A DNA stretch of 32,000 bases, from NCBI RefSeq assembly GCF_000195755.1, contig NC_002937.3, positions 180,001 through 212,000 of the forward strand, in the 5' to 3' direction. A program made the translations under genes and the position numbers. This document shows, piece after piece, positions 6,986 through 15,387 of the stretch (its first letter is position 1; every line of letters begins with the position of its first letter). This stretch comes from Nitratidesulfovibrio vulgaris str. Hildenborough. GTDB lineage: Bacteria; Desulfobacterota; Desulfovibrionia; Desulfovibrionales; Desulfovibrionaceae. The notes beneath the pieces were generated by a model, which had not been told where the DNA came from, did no database searches, and saw only the letters and a list, made by a program, of their open reading frames with translations.

Positions 6986-9547
6986 GTGTCGCTGATCGAT
7001 TTTTTCCGCCGTCGCCGGACTACTCCCACTGCCGAAGAGCGTGACGCCATCATGAAGGCGTTTCGCCAGAGGTATACCCATTTCAAGGACTTGCTACAGT
7101 CCAACAGTGAACTGGGGCGTATCATGTCCGACATGGAACAGACCCTGACAGGGCACAGCCTCTTCGGCATGAACTACATCCGTTCACAGGCGACGCGGGC
7201 GGTCTTTCATACGATGCGCATGGTGACGGCACTCAACGCCATCGCCGACGACCGTTTCAGCGGTCTGGTTGCCACGGTGGAAAGCATCAACACGCGCATC
7301 AGCGACATCCTCGATGCCCGTGCCCCGGTACGCGTTGCGGAATTCGTGCTGCCCCTCGCGGAAGTGAACCGCGATGTGGTCGACTGGGTGGGTGGCAAGA
7401 ACGCCAATCTGGGTGAGATGATGAACCGGGTCGGTGTTCCCGTGCCGCGCGGCTTCGCCATCACCACCACCGCCTACCGGGCGTTCATGGACGGCAACGG
7501 CCTGATGGAGGAGACGCGCAAACTCTTGCGTGACGCCTTCGCAGACGACCCGGAAGGCCTCGTGAGAGTGTCGAAGGCCATCATGCGGCGTATCGACGAG
7601 GCCATCGTCCCCGACGAAGTGGTGGAGGCGATGCAAGCCGGATGGGATGCCACTTTCGGCCCCGGCCCCGTACGCTGCGCGTTGCGCTCCAGTGCTGTCA
7701 GCGAGGACGGCAGTCTCTCTTTCGCCGGGCAGTACCGCACCGTGCTCAACGTCACCCGCGATGAACTGCCTTCGGCTTTCCGTAGTGTGTTGGCCAGCAT
7801 CTTCTCGCCGCGTGTCATCGCCTACCGCTTGCATCAGGGGGTGCCGTTCGAGCATTGCGCCATGGCCATGGTCTGCCTTGAGATGGTGGACGCAGTGGCA
7901 AGCGGAGTGGCTTTTTCGCGGCATCCTGTCGACCTGTTGTCGGATGCCGTCGTCATCAACGGCATCTGGGGGCTTGGCGAATACGTTGTCGACGGCGTCG
8001 TGCCGCCGGATACGTGGCTGGTGTCTCGCGTCCGGCCCGACAGGGTCGCAGAACGTTCCATAGCCACCAAGAGTGTGAGACTCATGCCAGCCCTGCACGG
8101 TGGGGGCACGGTGGAAAGTCCTGTGCCACCTGAACAGCGTTCCATGCCAAGCCTGACGGATGCGCAGGTGATTGCGCTGGCTGACATGGCGCTGCGCCTT
8201 GAAGAGCACTACAGGCATCCGCAGGACATGGAGTGGGCGCTGGATGGCGCCGGGCGGCTGGTGGTGTTGCAGACCCGTCCCATGCGGCTGGCCGATGCGC
8301 GTTCCGACAACCTGCCCGCTTCGCCCCGCATCGAGGGTGCAGGGCTGCTTCTCGAGGGCGGGGATGTGGCGTGTGCTGGGGTCGGCTGTGGCCCGGTCGT
8401 GATCCCGTCATCGGCAGAGGAACTCGCGGCATTCCCCTGCGGCGGGGTTCTCGTGGCGGCGCACTCGTCACCGAATTATGTGCTGGTCATGGACAGGGCG
8501 CAGGCCATCATCACCGATGCGGGCAGTGTCACAGGGCACATGGCGTCGCTTTCACGCGAGTTCAACGTGCCGACGCTGCTCAATGCGCGCGACGCCATGC
8601 GAACGTTGCGCCCCGGTCAGGAGGTGACGGTGGACGCCATCTCGGGCCGCGTCTATGAGGGGTGCGTCGAAGAGTTGCTGGCGCTGCGTCGTCCGCGGCA
8701 GGTGTGTCTGGGCGACACGCCCGTCCATATCGCCCTGCGGCGCGTCGCCGACCATATCCTGCCCCTGCACCTTGTCGACCCCAAGGCCGCCACGTTCATC
8801 CCGCGGTCGTGCACCACGTTGCACGACGTCATGAGGCTGGTGCACGAATTCTCGTACACAGAGATGTTCCGGCTGAGTGATACGGCTACCGTGGCGGGGT
8901 CGGTTGCTGTGGAACTCAAGGCGAGTGTGCCGCTGGACTTGCACGTCATCGACCTTGGCGGCGGGCTTGCCGATGTGGACGGGCCCTACGCCTACCCCGA
9001 GCAGGTGGCGTCGGCACCCTTCGGCGCGCTGCTCGAGGGAATGCTCGACCCGGAGGTGCATGTGCGCGGGCCGCGGCCCATCGACATGGGGGGCTTTCTC
9101 TCCGTCATGGGGCGGCACATGATCGAACCGCCCAACATGCACACAGAACGCTTCGGCGACCGCAGCTACGCCATCGTCTCCGACAAGTACATGAACTTCA
9201 GCTCGCGTGTTGGCTACCATTACAGCATCCTCGACGCCTACTGCGGCGCGACCATGAACAAGAACTACATCACGTTCGAGTTCAAGGGCGGGGCTGCGGA
9301 CGAGGTGCGGCGGGAACGCCGGGTGAAGTGCATCGGCATCATCCTGCGCGAACTCGGTTTCACCATCGAGGTTCAGGGCGACCGTGTGCAGGCGCGCTAC
9401 CTCAAGTACCCGCCGGAGGAGATTCGTGCCCGACTCGTGCAACTGGGCAGACTGCTCATCGTCACCCGGCAGATGGATATGCTGATGACCACCGAAGCCG
9501 CAGTGCAGACATTTGCCGATAACTTCCTCAAGGGTGACTATCATTGA
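6986..9547 (+). CDS. PEP synthase / pyruvate phosphate dikinase-related phosphotransferase (ATP-grasp PPDK_N domain plus swivelling phospho-His domain) with a non-canonical C-terminal domain
   Basis: 853-aa ORF with a GTG start at 6986 preceded by AGGAGGG. VGGKNANLGEM nucleotide-binding motif. Mobile-domain motif TDAGSVTGHMASLSREFNVPTL, with the His codon at 8537-8539. The C-terminal ~280 aa lack the PEP/pyruvate TIM-barrel motifs I know. Confidence 0.85.
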   Translation: MSLIDFFRRRRTTPTAEERDAIMKAFRQRYTHFKDLLQSNSELGRIMSDMEQTLTGHSLFGMNYIRSQATRAVFHTMRMVTALNAIADDRFSGLVATVESINTRISDILDARAPVRVAEFVLPLAEVNRDVVDWVGGKNANLGEMMNRVGVPVPRGFAITTTAYRAFMDGNGLMEETRKLLRDAFADDPEGLVRVSKAIMRRIDEAIVPDEVVEAMQAGWDATFGPGPVRCALRSSAVSEDGSLSFAGQYRTVLNVTRDELPSAFRSVLASIFSPRVIAYRLHQGVPFEHCAMAMVCLEMVDAVASGVAFSRHPVDLLSDAVVINGIWGLGEYVVDGVVPPDTWLVSRVRPDRVAERSIATKSVRLMPALHGGGTVESPVPPEQRSMPSLTDAQVIALADMALRLEEHYRHPQDMEWALDGAGRLVVLQTRPMRLADARSDNLPASPRIEGAGLLLEGGDVACAGVGCGPVVIPSSAEELAAFPCGGVLVAAHSSPNYVLVMDRAQAIITDAGSVTGHMASLSREFNVPTLLNARDAMRTLRPGQEVTVDAISGRVYEGCVEELLALRRPRQVCLGDTPVHIALRRVADHILPLHLVDPKAATFIPRSCTTLHDVMRLVHEFSYTEMFRLSDTATVAGSVAVELKASVPLDLHVIDLGGGLADVDGPYAYPEQVASAPFGALLEGMLDPEVHVRGPRPIDMGGFLSVMGRHMIEPPNMHTERFGDRSYAIVSDKYMNFSSRVGYHYSILDAYCGATMNKNYITFEFKGGAADEVRRERRVKCIGIILRELGFTIEVQGDRVQARYLKYPPEEIRARLVQLGRLLIVTRQMDMLMTTEAAVQTFADNFLKGDYH

Positions 9548-9615
9548 GGGGCGCGGGCGGATTCGCGGCACACCGTTGCAGAAGTTCTGATCGAGAACAG
9601 AGCAGAGATTACAGG

Positions 9616-9641
9616 AAAAGCCCCCTTGATGGGGGCTTTTT
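9616..9641 (+). terminator. Rho-independent terminator after the PEP-synthase-like gene
   Basis: aaaagccccc ttgat gggggcttttt. GC stem gccccc/gggggc followed by a T5 run. The upstream A-tract could also let it work for the convergent tRNA. Confidence 0.7.
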
Positions 9642-9725
9642 GCGTGCGTGGAGACCTTGGGTGCAGACTGGTGCAGAATTCGTGAAAGAGCGGGCTAGGC
9701 GATAGACCTAACCCGCTGGTTTGTA

Positions 9726-9812
9726 TGGTACCCGGAACGAGGATTGAACTCGTACAGCCCGAAGGCCGAGGGATTTTAAGTCCCTTGCGTCTGCCAGTTC
9801 CGCCATCCGGGC
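9726..9812 (-). tRNA. tRNA-Leu, anticodon UAA, class II with long variable arm, CCA encoded
   Basis: Minus-strand read GCCCGGATGGCGGAACTGGCAGACGCAAGGGACTTAAAATCCCTCGGCCTTCGGGCTGTACGAGTTCAATCCTCGTTCCGGGTACCA (87 nt). 7-bp acceptor stem with G1-U72. Anticodon stem AGGGA/TCCCT with loop CTTAAAA. T-arm CGAGTTCAATCCTCG. Confidence 0.9.
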
Positions 9813-10003
9813 ACGAAGCGGTTACTTCCTAGTATGGCGACGTGTTGGCGTCAACGGTGGACTTGATGGCAGTATGACGGGGCGTGCAGTGCAGTGGCGC
9901 TGCCCCTGCCGGGCGTCGCGCCCCTTTGCGGGGCATGCCTGTGGGCAGGGCAGTCCCCTCAATCAGCCATCAAACCCCAGTCGGTGCGCCACTGGTGCGC
10001 CGT

Positions 10004-10387
10004 CTACGTCCAGCAGCGTCCCAGCCCCTCACGCGCACCGGGCACGCGCAGCACGCCCTCACGCCATACCCCGTCGGCAAGCAGGTAGAGGTGCAGTGTG
10101 CCGAGGTTGCGGTCGACGAAGAGGATACGCCCCTCCACATCGCCTCGCAGCATGGGCGAGACGGCATCGCACACGGCATGGAATAGCCCTTCGTCATGTT
10201 CGGCGAAGAGGCATTGCACGTTGAGGGCGTCACCCGTGGGGGCGAACTCCACATGCGCACCACCCACGTCTTCGAAGGTGGTCTGCATGGTCTCGACGAG
10301 TTCGGCCTCGCGTTCGAGGAGTTCATTGTAGGTGAGAGTCTGGTCGTAGACGAAGTTGGCGAACATCTCACTGTGCATGAGGGCCAT
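10004..10387 (-). CDS. Hypothetical cytoplasmic protein (127 aa)
   Basis: Track ORF 10004..10471 trimmed to the ATG at 10387, which has GGAGG 5 nt upstream. Acidic, non-repetitive sequence (MALMHSEMFANFVYDQTLTYNELLEREAELVE...). I recognise no family. Confidence 0.55.
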   Translation of the reverse strand: MALMHSEMFANFVYDQTLTYNELLEREAELVETMQTTFEDVGGAHVEFAPTGDALNVQCLFAEHDEGLFHAVCDAVSPMLRGDVEGRILFVDRNLGTLHLYLLADGVWREGVLRVPGAREGLGRCWT

Positions 10388-10698
10388 GGCGCCTCCGTGG
10401 GTGCCGCAGGGTCTCGACCCCATGGCAGGCATGGTCGTCGACGGCACGCCGCGCATGATAGCCGAAATCACGCTTCAGCGTCAAAATATCTGGTCGCGGG
10501 GGCCTCGTATGCGCAGATGTCATGCCCACTGGTCTGCTTCATGGGTTTTCGGCACAGGGTCGGGCTAGGGCACTACGGCGCGAAACGTGGCCGGTCTACA
10601 CGAGGCGGAGTTGCGGCCGTTCTGTCCCATCTCCGGCGCCGCGAGGGCAGGCTGGCGTCGCCGTGCTGCCGTGTGCCCGGCAGGTGCATCCGGCTCGC

Positions 10699-10744
10699 GC
10701 CGGGTGTCCCGTGGCTGTCGCGTCGGGTGTCCCGTGGCTGTCGC
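10699..10744. repeat. Tandem direct repeat, two copies of a 23-bp unit (g[c/t]cgggtgtcccgtggctgtcgc)
   Basis: Read directly: the 21-nt core cgggtgtcccgtggctgtcgc occurs at 10701-10721 and 10724-10744. It lies in the 467-bp divergent intergenic region, 111-156 nt upstream of the ATG at 10855. Confidence 0.85.
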
Positions 10745-10854
10745 CCCGGCGGCAGCGTCGCTGTTTGCCAGCGGCCGGCGGGCAGCCGACCTCTGCCCGC
10801 CATGCGTGGTGCTGTGCACTGGCCTTGCGGTGGGCCATCTGATAGAAAGGAAGA

Positions 10855-12243
10855 ATGCACAACGACGCCCGCCAACGCATGGTGGTGCTCGGTCTGGACG
10901 GCCTGCCGCTGGACCTCGCCCGCGACCTCTGCGCCGCAGGGCGCACCCCGCACCTCTCCCGCATCGTCAACGCCGCCGGAACCCGCACCATCGAGGCGGA
11001 ATTGCCCGAACTCTCGCCGGTGAACTGGACGTCGTTCTACACTGCCGCAGGGCCCGAGGAACACGGCGTGTTCGGGTTCACCCGCATCAACGCCGCGACC
11101 TATGCCCTGTCCTTGGCCGACTTCACGCAGGTGCGGGTGCCGACCCTCTTCGACCGCCTTGGCGAGGCGGGCTTCACCTCGCGCGTGGTGAACCTGCCCA
11201 ACACCTATCCCGCACGCCCCATACCGGGAATGCTGGTCTCGGGCTTCGTGGCCACGGACCTTGCGCGGGCGGTGCATCCGCCCTTCCTGCTGGGGCCGCT
11301 GGCAGGTGCGGGCTACCGGCTTGAGGCCGACACCTCGCGCGGTGGCGACGACCCGGCACACCTGCTTGTGGAATTGCGCGCCACACTCGAAAGTCGCCGC
11401 AAGGCGTTGCGCTTGCTGTGGCCCGACCTCGCGTGGCATCTCTTCGTCTTTGTGCTGACGGAGACGGACAGGCTCTTCCATTTCCTGTGGGATGCGGTGA
11501 CCGACGTTGCCAACCCGCTGCATGGGCCGTGTATGGATGTGCTGGCCCTGTGGGACACGGTGATTGGCGAAGTGCTCGACCTCGTGGCGGCACTCCCCGG
11601 CGGTGCCCGTCTCATGGTGCTGGCCGACCACGGTTTCACCCGGCTGGTGACCGAGGTCGACATCAACACGTGGCTGCGTCAGGAAGGGCTGTTGCAACTG
11701 GCCCCGGCGGGCCCCGCGGCAGATGCGGGAATGGAACTCGACGCCTCGCGCATCCTTCCCGGCAGCGTGGCCTTCGCCCTCGACCCCGGGCGCATCTACC
11801 TGCATACGCGCCGACGCTTCGCACGTGGCGGGCTTTCCGATGCCGAGGGCGTGGCCTTGGCTGCACGCCTGCGCGAGGGGCTGCTGGGATTGACCTACGC
11901 CGGACGCCCCGTGTTGCGTGATGTCCTGCCCGCCGACGGCCTGTACGACGGCCCCTGCCGCGACATCGCCCCCGACCTCGTCTGCGTCCCGCACGAGGGC
12001 TTCGACCTCAAGGCCAAGTTCAATCGTCCTGCCGTGTTCGGGCGTTTCGGGCGCACCGGAACGCATAGTGTGCACGGGGGCATCTTCCATGACAGCGAGG
12101 GTGGTGCCCCGCACCGCCTGCGTGACGCCGGAAGGCTGGTGCTCGAACATTTCGGCCTTTCCCGTCGACCCGACGCCGGAGGGCGTCTTGTGACCACTCC
12201 AACACAGGGCGCGTCCTGCATGCCCATAACGATGCACAAATGA
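10855..12243 (+). CDS. Type I phosphodiesterase / nucleotide pyrophosphatase family (alkaline phosphatase superfamily) enzyme
   Basis: 462-aa ORF. AAAGGAAG precedes the ATG. Metal-site DG in VVLGLDGL. Nucleophile region PELSPVNWTSFYTAAGPEEHGV aligns with the NPP motif PTxTFPNHxSxxTGxxPxxHG, with Ser in place of Thr. Later VLADHGF. Confidence 0.85.
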   Translation: MHNDARQRMVVLGLDGLPLDLARDLCAAGRTPHLSRIVNAAGTRTIEAELPELSPVNWTSFYTAAGPEEHGVFGFTRINAATYALSLADFTQVRVPTLFDRLGEAGFTSRVVNLPNTYPARPIPGMLVSGFVATDLARAVHPPFLLGPLAGAGYRLEADTSRGGDDPAHLLVELRATLESRRKALRLLWPDLAWHLFVFVLTETDRLFHFLWDAVTDVANPLHGPCMDVLALWDTVIGEVLDLVAALPGGARLMVLADHGFTRLVTEVDINTWLRQEGLLQLAPAGPAADAGMELDASRILPGSVAFALDPGRIYLHTRRRFARGGLSDAEGVALAARLREGLLGLTYAGRPVLRDVLPADGLYDGPCRDIAPDLVCVPHEGFDLKAKFNRPAVFGRFGRTGTHSVHGGIFHDSEGGAPHRLRDAGRLVLEHFGLSRRPDAGGRLVTTPTQGASCMPITMHK

Positions 12244-14399
12244 TAGAATTCGCCAAAGAACTCAACGCGGCCCAGTATGAGGCCGTGACCACGCTCGACG
12301 GCCCGGTGCTGGTCATCGCCGGTGCGGGCAGCGGCAAGACGCGCACGGTGGTCTACCGCCTCGCCAACCTGCTTGAGCGCGGCGTGCCCGCCTCGTCCAT
12401 CCTGCTGCTGACGTTCACCCGCAAGGCGGCCAACGAGATGCTGCAACGCGCCAGCCGCCTGCTGGGCTACGGGGTGCAGGGCATCGCCGGGGGCACCTTC
12501 CACGCCTTCGCCTATTCGCTCTTGCGCCAGTACCATCCGGCACGCCTTGAGGGGCGCGACCTGACCATCATGGACGGGGCCGACAGCGTGGCCGCCATCC
12601 AGCACTGCAAGGATGCGCTCGGCATCGCGCGGGGGGACAAGTCGTTCCCCAAGACACAGACGGTGCTGTCGTTGCTCAGCAAGTCGCGCAACAAGGAACT
12701 GCCGCTGGACGAAGTGCTGCGCCGCGAGGCGTACCACCTGCTGGTACATGCAGACGGGGTCTCGCGCATCGGCGAAGCCTACGCCGAATATCGCGCGGAA
12801 CACGGCCTGCTGGACTATGACGACCTGCTCTTCGAGGTGGAGCGCCTGTTGCGCGAACGGCCCGACCTGCTGGCCCACCTGCGCGACAGATACCGCTACA
12901 TCATGGTCGACGAGTATCAGGACACCAACCTCGTGCAGGCGCGGCTGGTGCAGCTTCTGGCGGGAGAGGGCGGCAACGTCATGGCCGTGGGGGACGACGC
13001 CCAGTCCATCTACGCCTTTCGCGGCGCCAACGTGCAGAACATCCTGTCGTTCCCGCAGTTCTTTCCCGGTACGCGCATCATCAAGCTGGAAGAGAACTAC
13101 CGTTCCACCCAGCCGGTGCTCGACCTCACCAACGCCATCCTCGCCGAGGCACCGCAGGCCTACCGCAAGCACCTGTACACCAGTCGCGAGGACGGCGTGC
13201 TGCCGCAGGTGGTGCGACCCCTGAGCGACCTCACGCAGGCATCCATCGTGGTGAGTCGCGTGAGTGAACTGCTGCGGACGTATCCGCCCCATGAAATCGC
13301 CGTGCTGTTCCGGGCGGGGTTCCACTCGTACCATGTGGAGGTACAGCTCAACAAACTGGGCATCCGCTTCCGCAAGTATGGCGGGGTGCGCTATTCCGAG
13401 GCCGCGCACGTCAAGGACGTGATGGCCTACGCCCGCCTTGTGCTCAACCCCCTCGACCTGCCGGCGTTCCAGCGTGTGGCGGCCCTGTCGCGCGGTGTGG
13501 GGCCCAAGACCACCCTGCGCCTCTACGAGGTCGCCCGACAGGGTGACCCGGCGGCGACGGCCCATGCCTGCGCGCGTTATCCGCAACTGCGGGCCGACCT
13601 TGAACTGCTCGACAGGCTTCGCAAGCGCACACCTGCGCCCGCCACGCTGCTGGAAGAGGTCATCGAGCATTACCAGCCGCGTCTCGAAGCCGCCTACCCC
13701 GACGACTGGCCGCGCAGACAGCAGGGACTTGAACAGCTTGTGCAGATAGCCTCGGCCTATCGCGACCTCGACCTCTTCATCTCCGACCTGTCGCTGGAAG
13801 ACCCCGGCACCGAGGAGGAGGACCGCGACAGCGTGGTGCTGTCCACCATCCATTCCGCCAAGGGGCTTGAGTGGAGTGCCGTCATCATCCTCGACCTCGT
13901 GGAGGACAGGTTCCCGTCGCGCCATGCCGTGACGCGCGCCGACGACTTCGAGGAGGAGCGCCGCCTGATGTACGTGGCCTGCACCCGCGCCCGCGAACGG
14001 CTCATGCTCTTCGTGCCGTCCAGCCTCTACCAGCGCGGGGAGGGTGGCAACCAGCCCGCCGCGCCCAGCCCCTTCGTCCGGGAGTTGCCCGCGGCACTGT
14101 ACGAGGAGTGGTACGAGAGCTATACCGGAGGTCTGCAACGGCGTGATACGTCGCGTCCGGTTGCGCGTCCGGCCGTGGCATCCACCTTCGGTTGCGCACC
14201 GCGTCCCGAATCGGCACCGGTGCCCGGCGGGCCGTCGCCCGTTGCAGGGGCGGCGAAGCTGGGGTTCTGCACGCACAAGATCTTCGGGCGGGGCAAGATC
14301 GTCCAGCATCTGCCGCCCGACAAGTACAGGGTGAACTTCCCCGGCGTGGGGCTCAAGGTCATCCTGGGCGACTATCTGACGCTGGAGGATGACGCATGA
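12240..14399 (+). CDS. uvrD: UvrD/PcrA/Rep-type superfamily 1A ATP-dependent DNA helicase
   Basis: 719-aa ORF. Walker A AGAGSGKT, motif II MVDEYQDTN, motif III VGDDAQSIYAFRGA, motif IV EENYRST, motif V TIHSAKGLEW, motif VI RRLMYVACTRARE. Small C-terminal beta domain (GRGKIVQHLPPDKYRVNF). ATGA overlap with the upstream gene. Confidence 0.95.
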   Translation: MIEFAKELNAAQYEAVTTLDGPVLVIAGAGSGKTRTVVYRLANLLERGVPASSILLLTFTRKAANEMLQRASRLLGYGVQGIAGGTFHAFAYSLLRQYHPARLEGRDLTIMDGADSVAAIQHCKDALGIARGDKSFPKTQTVLSLLSKSRNKELPLDEVLRREAYHLLVHADGVSRIGEAYAEYRAEHGLLDYDDLLFEVERLLRERPDLLAHLRDRYRYIMVDEYQDTNLVQARLVQLLAGEGGNVMAVGDDAQSIYAFRGANVQNILSFPQFFPGTRIIKLEENYRSTQPVLDLTNAILAEAPQAYRKHLYTSREDGVLPQVVRPLSDLTQASIVVSRVSELLRTYPPHEIAVLFRAGFHSYHVEVQLNKLGIRFRKYGGVRYSEAAHVKDVMAYARLVLNPLDLPAFQRVAALSRGVGPKTTLRLYEVARQGDPAATAHACARYPQLRADLELLDRLRKRTPAPATLLEEVIEHYQPRLEAAYPDDWPRRQQGLEQLVQIASAYRDLDLFISDLSLEDPGTEEEDRDSVVLSTIHSAKGLEWSAVIILDLVEDRFPSRHAVTRADDFEEERRLMYVACTRARERLMLFVPSSLYQRGEGGNQPAAPSPFVRELPAALYEEWYESYTGGLQRRDTSRPVARPAVASTFGCAPRPESAPVPGGPSPVAGAAKLGFCTHKIFGRGKIVQHLPPDKYRVNFPGVGLKVILGDYLTLEDDA

Positions 14400-15367
14400 A
14401 GGGCCTTGCGAGCGAAGAGGACTTCATCGCCTGCATCGACAGGCATTTTCCCAACGCGCACAGACACGTGGTGGTGGGGCGCGGAGACGATTGCGCCGTG
14501 CTGGCCTGCCCGGAACGCCTGTGCGTGAGCACCGACCTGTTCATCGAGGACGTGCATTTCAGACGTTCGTACTTCAGGCCCGAAGAGATAGGCCACAAGG
14601 CGCTGGCCGTGAACGTGAGCGATGTCGCCGCCATGGGCGGTGTGCCGCTGGGGTTCAGTCTCGCACTCATGACGCCCCCCGGCATGACCCGCGAGTACGC
14701 AGACGCGCTCTTTGCGGGCATGTCCGGACTGGCTGCCGCGTATGGCATGGTGCTCACCGGCGGCGACCTGTCCCGTGGCGGAGTGCTTGGTCTTTCCATC
14801 ACCGTGTGGGGTGAGCCCGTGCCGGGGCGCCGGTTCCTGCGTCGTGGCGGATGCCGCCCCGACGATGTGCTCTTCGTCGTGGGCAGCCTCGGCCTCGCAC
14901 GGGCGGGCCTGTGCGCGCTGGAGGCTTCAGGGCGTGACGCCCTGCGCCTGTACCCCGAAGCGTGCGCCGCGCATCTCACGCCCAACCCGCAGGTGTCAGC
15001 GGGGCAGTTGCTGGCGCGGTACCCCTCTGTGGCGTTGATGGACCTCTCGGACGGGCTGGCGCGCGATGTGCCCCGTCTTGTGGGGCTCGACCGCGACGGC
15101 GGCCTTGGTGCCGCCCTTGAACTGCACGAGGACGACCTGCACGACGAGGTCATGGCCTATGCCATCGCCAACGGACTCGACCCGGTGGAGGAAGCCTTCG
15201 CCGGAGGAGAGGACTACGCGCTGCTGGGGGCCTGCCCCGAAGACGACTTCGAGGCGCTACGTGAAGAGGTGCAGGGCGTGGTACGTGTCGGCACCGTGAC
15301 TGCCGACGGCCTGCTCACCCTCAACGGCCTGCCGCCTTCCAACAGCGGTTTCGATCATTTCGCCTGA
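14396..15367 (+). CDS. thiL: Thiamine-monophosphate kinase
   Basis: 323-aa ORF of the AIR-synthase-related fold. GDDCAVL, STDLFIEDVHF, GHKALAVNVSDVAAMGG, TGGDLS. GGAGGA lies 6 nt upstream. ATGA overlap with the helicase gene. Confidence 0.9.
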   Translation: MKGLASEEDFIACIDRHFPNAHRHVVVGRGDDCAVLACPERLCVSTDLFIEDVHFRRSYFRPEEIGHKALAVNVSDVAAMGGVPLGFSLALMTPPGMTREYADALFAGMSGLAAAYGMVLTGGDLSRGGVLGLSITVWGEPVPGRRFLRRGGCRPDDVLFVVGSLGLARAGLCALEASGRDALRLYPEACAAHLTPNPQVSAGQLLARYPSVALMDLSDGLARDVPRLVGLDRDGGLGAALELHEDDLHDEVMAYAIANGLDPVEEAFAGGEDYALLGACPEDDFEALREEVQGVVRVGTVTADGLLTLNGLPPSNSGFDHFA

Positions 15368-15387
15368 CCTCACGAGGAGGTTCGCCC

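Noticed and set aside
9813-10471. Possible integrated element next to tRNA-Leu
   Set aside because: There is no integrase, no direct repeat of the tRNA 3' end and no compositional shift. The only neighbour is one GC-typical hypothetical gene.
10699-10744. Tandem repeat considered as a degenerate CRISPR or minisatellite
   Set aside because: There are only two abutting copies with no spacers, and no cas genes in the window.
10573-12237. 554-aa minus-strand ORF, plus the smaller ORFs in 10522-10991
   Set aside because: The large ORF is antisense to the nucleotide pyrophosphatase-family gene and extends into intergenic DNA. All are Arg/Pro/Gly-rich, and none has a start context.
11895-14309. 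804-aa minus-strand ORF
   Set aside because: It is antisense to the UvrD-type helicase, which carries all SF1 motifs on the plus strand. The translation is Arg/Gly/Pro/His-rich with no recognisable motif.
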